From contig CASIAP010000013.1 in assembly GCA_949372645.1 (NCBI GenBank), positions 3,766-67,765 of the forward strand: a stretch of 64,000 nucleotides of DNA. The letters are read 5' to 3'. The DNA is from Candidatus Poseidoniaceae archaeon. Lineage in GTDB: Archaea; Thermoplasmatota; Poseidoniia; Poseidoniales; Poseidoniaceae. Below, one piece after another: positions 19,725-26,837 of the stretch. The notes under the pieces are model-generated. The model saw only the letters and a list, made by a program, of their open reading frames with translations. It ran no database searches and was not told the DNA's origin. Positions within the stretch are counted from its first letter, which is position 1. The number at the start of each line of letters is the position of its first letter. Made by a program: the position numbers and the translations under genes.

Positions 19725-20069
19725 TCAACGGTCAAGGACGTGCAGACGACCATTACGACCAGTACTCACAACAAGTTCACCTTTTCTTTCCCGACACCAT
19801 CCAGATTCAAGTAAAAGAATATCTCCAACTTGAACTCGTTCTATTTGCTCACCCCAGAGCACCATACCGACGATTCCCGTTTCATCACGCCCACATGCAG
19901 CTGCAACAGGACCAACATAGTGTTCGGAATAGACCATACGTCGAGGATAGACTCGAAGCAAGACCACTTCGAGACGATGAACGGGTTGGTTCGGTTGAAG
20001 GCCCGAGATTTTTTGTCGGCTGTTGGTCGTCTTCTTTGGCTTGTGTTGTGCATTTGGAATTTGTTCCAT
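19725..20069 (-). CDS. OB-fold nucleic-acid-binding protein (short SSB-like)
   Basis: 114 aa. The pattern ...GRDETGIVGMVLWGEQIERVQVGDILLLESGWCRERKGELVVSTGRNGRLHVL matches single-OB archaeal SSB-like proteins. Confidence 0.5.
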   Translation of the reverse strand: MEQIPNAQHKPKKTTNSRQKISGLQPNQPVHRLEVVLLRVYPRRMVYSEHYVGPVAAACGRDETGIVGMVLWGEQIERVQVGDILLLESGWCRERKGELVVSTGRNGRLHVLDR

Positions 20070-20099
20070 GAGGTGGAATTCACCTCAATGCTCATCAAT

Positions 20100-20843
20100 C
20101 TATTCGTCTTTCTTTTTCCGCATGGAGAACGAAGATGTGATGATGTCTGGGGCTTCAGCGATGTCATCACCACTGAGTTTGAGATTCAATGCTGCTTCAT
20201 ACTTTTTCAGAACAGAAACTTTTCGGAATTTCCAAGGCATGAAGTTTATGCAAATAAGGTAGACTTCTGATGATGAATTCCGTGAGGCATGAGGTGAATA
20301 GCGACGGACGTCGTAAAAAAACGGTCTGATAACTTCGATTAATTCTTCAACACCAACACCCTGGAACAACTTGGTAACGAAAGAACCGCCTTTTGTTAAC
20401 AGTGGAAGTGAGAAATCAAAGACAAGTGAAACCAAGTTCATGGCAATAGCTTGGTCCATATCCCATTTACCAGTAATATTTGGAGAAATGTCCGAGATGA
20501 TTGAATTCAAAGGACGGTCATTTAATTCCAGAAGAACACGCTGTTGAACGTGCGGCTCCGTGATATCTCCGACCATAAGAACTGCACCCTCTACGCGTTG
20601 ACAGGCTTCTAAATCGACTCCAATGACCCAGCCCTCATTACCAACCAATTCGGTTGCAACTTGAGCCCAACCTCCTGGATGGCACCCTACATCGAGAATG
20701 ACATCACCTTTGCTAATCAAATTAAAACGCTCTTGGATTTGCTTTAATTTGAAGGCTGAACGGGACCTGTAGCCGCTGGCCTTAGCTTGCCTACGCCATG
20801 AATCACGCTTGTGATTTTCAATCCAGTGGTCAGCCATACACAT
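20100..20843 (-). CDS. rlmE: 23S rRNA 2'-O-ribose methyltransferase RlmE/FtsJ
   Basis: Contains YRSRSAFKLKQIQERF and the SAM-binding motif VLDVGCHPGGWAQV, plus DISPNITG. There is a C-terminal extension of about 40 aa. Confidence 0.9.
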   Translation of the reverse strand: MCMADHWIENHKRDSWRRQAKASGYRSRSAFKLKQIQERFNLISKGDVILDVGCHPGGWAQVATELVGNEGWVIGVDLEACQRVEGAVLMVGDITEPHVQQRVLLELNDRPLNSIISDISPNITGKWDMDQAIAMNLVSLVFDFSLPLLTKGGSFVTKLFQGVGVEELIEVIRPFFYDVRRYSPHASRNSSSEVYLICINFMPWKFRKVSVLKKYEAALNLKLSGDDIAEAPDIITSSFSMRKKKDE

Positions 20844-20920
20844 TCCTCCTAACTCCCCTTCGCCACGCCCCTATTGATGAAACCTCGCTTTCATTCAATG
20901 AGGAAACAAAGAGATGAAGC

Positions 20921-21904
20921 GTGGCGGCATCCTCGGCATGGCATGATGGGAGGGACTCTCAGTTGAAACCCCCCACTTTGGTTCTTTCTTGCCTCGTATG
21001 CTTCCTCATTTTGGCCCCATCTGGTGCCTTGGTTCAAGCACAGGTCATCGACCCATCCAATACATTACTCAGCCCCATAGCAACCGAATCGATTGGACGT
21101 AGTCTTCTTGTTGAAGAAGTCACAACCACGTGGTGCCCGACCTGTGCTGAAATCGACCCGTATCTGAAAGGTGTAGCTGATTCGCACGGTTCTCGTATTG
21201 CAATGGTCGCCTATCACCCCTCTGATGGTGAAGATGCATTCCAGCCACCTGCAGCTCAACATCGTATCGATCGACTCGGAATCACACATGGTGGTGCAAT
21301 ACCTTCACCCACCTTCTTTGTCGAAGGTAAAAACCCACGATCGGGCACAGAGGCCTGGGGTGATGTTCAGCGAGACATACTTGACCTTGAATTAACCAGA
21401 CAAGAGACATCAACGCTCCAGTTTGAAGTGGTACGTACTGAAGGAGGTATCACGGCCCGAGTACTTTCTCTAACCAACATGAATGCTGAAGCTTCAAATT
21501 CGCAATTGACCTTTCTCGTTCTTGAACACCAGAAATCAGTACCGAGCGGCTTTGTCAACCCAGGTGAATCAACCCGTGACCGCGTTTTAGTGGCAACAGC
21601 AGAATGTGAGTTAAACTCGACAATCATATCAACACAACTTGGACTTTTGAATGCGAATGTCAGTGAAGGGTGCAGTAATGATTTTCAAATTACGTTTGAG
21701 GATATGGACGAATTTAGTATTCTTTTGATTCATGAAAGCACGCAAGAGGCTATCAAAGATTTGGACGCATCGCTTGGAACCTTTGGAGCTGTTGAGTTTG
21801 CATACCGTTCACGAGTCATTCCACAATCATGGCCTCTTGCGAGTATTGCGCTGGTTCTTGCAGCCGGTGCTGGAATCATCGCCATATTACCGCGTAAGAA
21901 CTAG
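20921..21904 (+). CDS. Secreted, C-terminally anchored thioredoxin-fold-like protein (CPTC motif)
   Basis: GTG start. Signal-like LVLSCLVCFLILAPSGALVQA, then EEVTTTWCPTCAEIDPYL (CxxC). The terminal TM helix is LASIALVLAAGAGIIAIL. Confidence 0.55.
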   Translation: MAASSAWHDGRDSQLKPPTLVLSCLVCFLILAPSGALVQAQVIDPSNTLLSPIATESIGRSLLVEEVTTTWCPTCAEIDPYLKGVADSHGSRIAMVAYHPSDGEDAFQPPAAQHRIDRLGITHGGAIPSPTFFVEGKNPRSGTEAWGDVQRDILDLELTRQETSTLQFEVVRTEGGITARVLSLTNMNAEASNSQLTFLVLEHQKSVPSGFVNPGESTRDRVLVATAECELNSTIISTQLGLLNANVSEGCSNDFQITFEDMDEFSILLIHESTQEAIKDLDASLGTFGAVEFAYRSRVIPQSWPLASIALVLAAGAGIIAILPRKN

Positions 21905-21989
21905 AATTGACTCGATTCGTACGTAATAGTCTAGATTGTAGAAGTTATACGCCGCATACTGGTAATACTTCGATGCAACACTACACAGA

Positions 21990-21997
21990 TTTAATAA
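21990..21997 (+). promoter_or_regulatory. Candidate TATA box for a leaderless small gene
   Basis: TTTAATAA is centred about 27 nt upstream of ATG 22021. This spacing fits an archaeal TATA with a leaderless transcript. Confidence 0.3.
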
Positions 21998-22020
21998 CCC
22001 TCTGCGACAATAGAAGTATA

Positions 22021-22290
22021 ATGGCAGAAACATGGGAAGACGTGACTAGAGATGGCACTCAACCTCTCAAAGAGTGGGTTGTCGAATACACCGTAGTAGT
22101 AAATCAAGAAACGAATCAGCACCTCAATATCGTGTATGGTGAAGATCTTGCAGATGTTCAAAGAAGGCTGTTGAATGAACTCAGGAAAAACTATGCAGAA
22201 AATGAACGAATCGACGTTACTGTTCAGCGAATGGAAGAAGTTAAAGAAACCTCGGATTCAGTGATCTTTGAAGGGTGCTTTACACCTTAA
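22021..22290 (+). CDS. Hypothetical small protein
   Basis: 89 aa from the ATG (MAETWEDVTRDG...). The track ORF opens at TTG 21907. No recognisable motif. Its stop overlaps the stop of the convergent gene. Confidence 0.4.
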   Translation: MAETWEDVTRDGTQPLKEWVVEYTVVVNQETNQHLNIVYGEDLADVQRRLLNELRKNYAENERIDVTVQRMEEVKETSDSVIFEGCFTP

Positions 22291-23009
22291 TTGGCTTTCG
22301 CACGGTAATGGACTTCAATCACTTCACCATTCTGGAGAAGGTAATCGTCGAAAGATGTGACGCGGTTATCCTCACTTGCGCTTTCACCTGAAGCATGAAC
22401 ATACATGACCATTTCATGGGTCGCATTGATACGGTAATCAAAGATTCCAGTTTCATTGAAATGGTGCCCCCATATATCAAAGAAGACACCTAAAGATATC
22501 TCACCGGGATCATTGAGTTCGACATGAAGCTTACCTGTATCGTCATGGGTGTGGATGGTATGCATGGAGTTGCTATCATCTCCAGTGCAGACATCTGTTC
22601 GAATCCCGATGTCTGATTCAACAGTATATGCACTTCCATCAATAAAAACTTGAACAGTAACGTGATCGTGACGAGCTAATCCGCTGTGTTCAACACAATT
22701 CAAGGCGAGAGGGTCGGGAGAATCTGCTGTTGAGGCTTGACTTTCATTGGTGTTGGACGTTTCATTGGAAGTCTCATCGGGAGTATCATCAACGGTTTCA
22801 TTCGAACTACCTTCAACGGGCTCATCAACGGGTTCATCAACGGGTTCATCAACCGATTCCTCAATCTCATCTGATGAAGTATCGTCATCAATCGTATCAT
22901 TTGGTGCCTTTTCTCGTTCGAAAAGTCCGGCATCTTGAGCATAAAGAACCAGGATAGCCGCTAATGCCAATGCAGTTACGATACTCCAGAAAGTCGTTTC
23001 TCGATTCAT
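22287..23009 (-). CDS. Secreted protein with an acidic repeat linker and a His-rich C-terminal domain
   Basis: N-terminal TM/signal FWSIVTALALAAILVLYA. Acidic linker with VDEPVDEPVDEPVEG. The C-terminal domain has HSGLARHDH...MHTIHTHDDTGKLHVE...LGVFFDIWGHHF. It is the last gene of the VKOR operon. Confidence 0.65.
   Translation of the reverse strand: MNRETTFWSIVTALALAAILVLYAQDAGLFEREKAPNDTIDDDTSSDEIEESVDEPVDEPVDEPVEGSSNETVDDTPDETSNETSNTNESQASTADSPDPLALNCVEHSGLARHDHVTVQVFIDGSAYTVESDIGIRTDVCTGDDSNSMHTIHTHDDTGKLHVELNDPGEISLGVFFDIWGHHFNETGIFDYRINATHEMVMYVHASGESASEDNRVTSFDDYLLQNGEVIEVHYRAKAN
22818..22853. repeat. Three tandem 12-bp coding repeats (VDEP)x3
   Basis: GGGYTCATCAAC occurs three times in tandem inside the acidic linker of the 22287-23009 gene. 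Confidence 0.8.
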
Positions 23010-23022
23010 AGGGTCACCTGAT

Positions 23023-23613
23023 CTAGATAGTATTCCACTCTTTCGATTGGTTCATCCGCATTAAACGGAGGAAACCGATAAACGCAGCAATATTGGCAAA
23101 GTGTGCAGTCGTACAGTATTGGCAGATTTTCTCCATCTTAAACTCGTAGAAGACCAGCAGTGCGATAACAAAGAAGCCTGCAAAAGTGAGGTAGGTTCCC
23201 ATTTTGAGATATGAAGACACCCAATCTGCATTCGGTTCTTTTGAAGATGAATAGACAAAATACAAAAGAATACAAAACGTTGCAGCACCAATTCCTCCCC
23301 ATGGTATCCCAAATATTGGGTCGGCGTTGTATTCCACGTTTCCAATCACATCATCGCATGAAAGAATCGAATTCGATGCACAAAAGTTCCCACCTTCACT
23401 TATTTTAGAAGATATCCAAAGTGTTTGGAACGAAACGGCCATACCTGCAACACAGGTAAGGAGGAGCCCTGAAAATACCCTCCCACGTTCATTTCCTAAC
23501 GAAGGCATATACTCTGAAAGTGGAGCAAAGAGTGAACGGCCCAATGGGAGAATCATTAAGAATCCAATAACCAGTGGAATTACATAAATCATTAATTGAA
23601 TGTTCGGATCCAT
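23023..23613 (-). CDS. Vitamin K epoxide reductase (VKOR) family membrane oxidoreductase
   Basis: 196 aa with several TM helices. A loop cysteine pair (FCASNSILSCDDV) and a CxxC in the last helix region (KICQYCTTAHFANI) match VKOR architecture. Confidence 0.8.
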   Translation of the reverse strand: MDPNIQLMIYVIPLVIGFLMILPLGRSLFAPLSEYMPSLGNERGRVFSGLLLTCVAGMAVSFQTLWISSKISEGGNFCASNSILSCDDVIGNVEYNADPIFGIPWGGIGAATFCILLYFVYSSSKEPNADWVSSYLKMGTYLTFAGFFVIALLVFYEFKMEKICQYCTTAHFANIAAFIGFLRLMRMNQSKEWNTI

Positions 23614-24300
23614 TCAAGCACTCTCCCGGGGCACCAAGGTCACGATGGCATCTAGGAGCTTTTCACCTTTATGTTCAGCTGAACTCCAAGCAATGATACC
23701 ATCGGGTTGAATCAGGTAGTAACTTGGCGTCCCACCAATGTTCCATTTCTTCATGTTATCTTGGTCAAGGTCATCGATATACGGGAAGTTATGAGCAATA
23801 CCGGGTCTTGAACCACATTCAGAACCCGCACACTCTTCACCTGAATTCGCACTCTTGTCACGGAAAGCGATCATTTCAGCACGACTTGAATCGTGTCCAG
23901 AGATATCAAGTTCAGTCACACTGGCAATAAAGTTGACAATTGCTCCATCCCATTGGGAGTCGGAACCGCCGCCAAAGTTGTAGGCGTTCGCACCCATCTC
24001 TTCAGCAGATTCCACACAGTAAGGACAGTCGGTATCCATGAATTCAATAACGACCCATTGCCCACTGATATCACCTGCTTCCCATGTTGGGTCCCAGTAC
24101 GATTCTAAGTCAAAATCAGACCAGCCACTGCCGTTGTAAAATTTACCTTCGAGCGCTGGAGCACGCTCTCCTTCTTTGGTACCTGTAGCTATTGGGCTGG
24201 TGGTGGCAGCAATAATCATGATGCCTACGAAGAAAAGAGCCATGACTCGAATCAATGCTGTCGTTCGGATATCTGCTTCATCATCGTACGTATACTTCAT
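23614..24300 (-). CDS. Membrane-anchored thioredoxin-like / TlpA-type thiol-disulfide oxidoreductase
   Basis: N-terminal TM helix ALFFVGIMIIAATT. Redoxin block WVVIEFMDTDCPYCVESAEEM. Its stop abuts the VKOR start codon. Confidence 0.8.
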   Translation of the reverse strand: MKYTYDDEADIRTTALIRVMALFFVGIMIIAATTSPIATGTKEGERAPALEGKFYNGSGWSDFDLESYWDPTWEAGDISGQWVVIEFMDTDCPYCVESAEEMGANAYNFGGGSDSQWDGAIVNFIASVTELDISGHDSSRAEMIAFRDKSANSGEECAGSECGSRPGIAHNFPYIDDLDQDNMKKWNIGGTPSYYLIQPDGIIAWSSAEHKGEKLLDAIVTLVPRESA

Positions 24301-25259
24301 TTTTTCATCTCCTCGTGAATTCCAATTTCTTGAATCAGTGCTTTGGTGGTGTGGCGGATAGCAGCTTCACTGTTAAACCGGACATCATAGCCTGTTGACC
24401 TCATCTTATCAATCCCGAGCATAGCCCTAGGAATGTCACCAGCCCATCCTCTATCGCCACCGGTATACTCGATTGAAGCATCATCGCATCCGGTTTCTTC
24501 AACAACGATTTCAGCAATCCTACGTACTGAGGCAGTATCATGTGAGCCAAGGTTGAATAAATTGAGTGGTGCATCTGAATGTTGCATGACATGGAGAATA
24601 CCATTAACGCAATCTTCGACTTCCATGTATGACTTTTCTTGCAAACCATTTCCGAGTACTTCTAGACGGGACGGATCTGCTTTGAGTTTGTGAATGAAAT
24701 CAAAAATGACACCATGTGTGCCTCGAGTCCCGATAATATTAGCGAAGCGGAAAATCCATGCTTGCAGACCAAAGGTTCCCACCCAACTGCTGATGAGCCC
24801 CTCGCCAGCCTGTTTACTCGCACCATACAAGGAGATTGGCATGCATGGACCATGGTTTTCGGGTGTTGGGAGTGGAGCATCTTCGCCATAGACAACCGAG
24901 GAAGATGCAAAGGCGATTTTCTTCACTTCGCATCGACGCATCGCTTCGACAATGTTGTACGTTGCAAGTGTACCTTGTTTCAAGTCGGTATCAGTAATGC
25001 GGGTGCCGAGTCGAATATCTGGGTTTGCGGCAAGATGAAAGACACAATCAATATCTTTCATTGCACCAAGAACTGCATCGAAATCGGTGATATCACCTTG
25101 GATGTGAGTGACCGTCCCAGCATCGAGATGCGATTGAATAAATTCGAGTTTACCACTGGAAAGATTATCCAATGCAACCACCGTATCACCACGGGCAACC
25201 AATCGGTCAATCAAATGAGACCCAATGAATCCAGCCCCACCAGTGACCAATGCTCGCAT
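24297..25259 (-). CDS. NAD-dependent sugar-nucleotide epimerase/dehydratase (SDR family)
   Basis: MRALVTGGAGFIGSHLIDRL Rossmann motif at ATG 25259; the longest ORF reaches 25313. Catalytic YGASK. Its stop overlaps the next gene by 4 nt. Confidence 0.9.
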   Translation of the reverse strand: MRALVTGGAGFIGSHLIDRLVARGDTVVALDNLSSGKLEFIQSHLDAGTVTHIQGDITDFDAVLGAMKDIDCVFHLAANPDIRLGTRITDTDLKQGTLATYNIVEAMRRCEVKKIAFASSSVVYGEDAPLPTPENHGPCMPISLYGASKQAGEGLISSWVGTFGLQAWIFRFANIIGTRGTHGVIFDFIHKLKADPSRLEVLGNGLQEKSYMEVEDCVNGILHVMQHSDAPLNLFNLGSHDTASVRRIAEIVVEETGCDDASIEYTGGDRGWAGDIPRAMLGIDKMRSTGYDVRFNSEAAIRHTTKALIQEIGIHEEMKK

Positions 25260-25371
25260 GGACGAATGAAGAAACACCCATGTATGAGCCTTTGGTAATC
25301 TTGATGATGCCAAACGAGAGAACGAAGAACAATTTGTGTGATGTCTTTGATAACCTTTAACGAACTACAGA

Positions 25372-25668
25372 ATGGTTATCGCAGAGGAGCAATCCGGCGA
25401 TGGAGTTGAAAATATGTCAAAAAAGAATGAAAAAACGATGCCTATAACACAAGATGAAACGACAAACCTGCTGGTCGGTTATGTCCGGAAAAGCAATGCT
25501 GGTGGAGCACTTAAAATCTCGATCAATACTGCTGCTTTTTCTGATTGTTCGACCTATGTCACCAGTGATGGACAATCCTATGTACCCTTGGTGATGTCAC
25601 TTAACGCCCTTGAGAAAGTACTCATCGGAGAACGCGCAGTAACAACTGTTTCACAACTGCAAGATTAA
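25372..25668 (+). CDS. Hypothetical small protein
   Basis: 98-aa ORF, or 84 aa from ATG 25414, which follows a GGAG. No motif recognised. It is followed by T-tracts and a strong hairpin. Confidence 0.45.
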   Translation: MVIAEEQSGDGVENMSKKNEKTMPITQDETTNLLVGYVRKSNAGGALKISINTAAFSDCSTYVTSDGQSYVPLVMSLNALEKVLIGERAVTTVSQLQD

Positions 25669-25714
25669 GATAACTTTTCTTGATTTTTACGTATCCTGTA
25701 GAGATACGGCGCCG

Positions 25715-25744
25715 CTCATTCAGGGGTTTCGACCCCTGAGTGAG
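25715..25744 (+). terminator. Strong 12-bp stem-loop after T-tracts (terminator-like or small structured element)
   Basis: CTCATTCAGGGG-TTTCGA-CCCCTGAGTGAG forms 12 bp with one G-U. TTTT (25674-77) and TTTTT (25684-88) lie just upstream, after the stop at 25668. Confidence 0.4.
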
Positions 25745-25817
25745 CCTTTCCTTACAATTGCTCTAAAAATCTGCCGAGACGACTATATTACTAAATAGAA
25801 CAGGAAACCGCGAAGTG

Positions 25818-26765
25818 ATGGGTGGATTCATGGAACGACATGCTGATACGGTGAAAAAATTCATCGTGGCTGGCATGCCAATGTACAATGAGGAAGAAAC
25901 CATTGGCACTGTTGTCACAACGGCTTTGCACCATGTTGATGCCGTTATTTGTATTGATGATGGATCTTCTGATTCGAGTGCACGTATCGCTGAAGCATGC
26001 GGTGCCACCGTCATACGTCATCGAGTAAATCGTGGCTATGGGGGAGCGCTCAAGACGTTATTTATCAAAGCGAAAGAACTCGACGTCGATGCATTAGTTG
26101 TTCTTGACAGCGATGGACAACATCGTTCCGAAGATATCCCCAAACTCTTGAAACCTATTCTTTCTGGAAAAGCAGACTTTGCCATTGGTTCACGTTTTGT
26201 CGAAGGTGGAGGCGGAACGGACATGCCGGCATACCGACGCCTTGGCATCAAAGTCATCACTGCTGCAAGTAACCTCTCAAGTGATCTTGGAATCAAAGAC
26301 ACACAATCTGGTTTCCGGGCATTCTCTCGAATTGCTTTAGAACGCCTTCGATTCGATTCAGAGGGAATGGAACTTTCCTTGGAAATGCTCGAAGACGCTC
26401 GAGAAAAGCAACTTGAGATCATCGAAGTTCCAACCATGATTCGCTATGATGTCCCAAAAGGGTCGAACTTCACAGCTGTATCACATGGATTCACGGTACT
26501 CACATGGGCCATGCTTTCTCTTTCTCAAAAGAAACCACTGCTTGTGCTCGGCATCCCTGGCGCAGGGCTTTTGGCGACCGGAGCTGCAATGGGCATGAAT
26601 ACGGCACGAGGGGTCACAACACATATTGACAGTTTTGTCGGGCCGGGACTCTCAGCCATTTGGATTGGAGTGTTAGGACTCACCCTGATGGCGACTGGAT
26701 TGGTTCTTCAAAGCGCACGTGGCTTTTTGCGTCACTTGCTTGTTCGAGAATTCGGACTTGATTGA
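25818..26765 (+). CDS. Family-2 glycosyltransferase, dolichyl-phosphate-sugar synthase type (C-terminal TM hairpin)
   Basis: VAGMPMYNEEETIG, ICIDDGSSDSS and VLDSDGQH motifs. The C-terminal helices are LLVLGIPGAGLLATGAAMG and IWIGVLGLTLMATGLVL. Confidence 0.85.
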   Translation: MGGFMERHADTVKKFIVAGMPMYNEEETIGTVVTTALHHVDAVICIDDGSSDSSARIAEACGATVIRHRVNRGYGGALKTLFIKAKELDVDALVVLDSDGQHRSEDIPKLLKPILSGKADFAIGSRFVEGGGGTDMPAYRRLGIKVITAASNLSSDLGIKDTQSGFRAFSRIALERLRFDSEGMELSLEMLEDAREKQLEIIEVPTMIRYDVPKGSNFTAVSHGFTVLTWAMLSLSQKKPLLVLGIPGAGLLATGAAMGMNTARGVTTHIDSFVGPGLSAIWIGVLGLTLMATGLVLQSARGFLRHLLVREFGLD

Positions 26766-26837
26766 AACGATTGTTTTTGGCATACACCTCCTGTTTCTCG
26801 GAGTATCATTCAAGACCCTCCCCGCCATGGCTTCAAC

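Noticed and set aside
19646-20270. Several overlapping plus-strand ORFs (141, 146 and 79 aa)
   Set aside because: They are antisense to the OB-fold and RlmE genes, which have recognisable motifs. They are mutually overlapping and of poor composition.
24690-25298. 202-aa plus-strand ORF
   Set aside because: It is antisense to the epimerase gene, which has an unambiguous Rossmann GGAGFIGSH motif. It is a shadow ORF.
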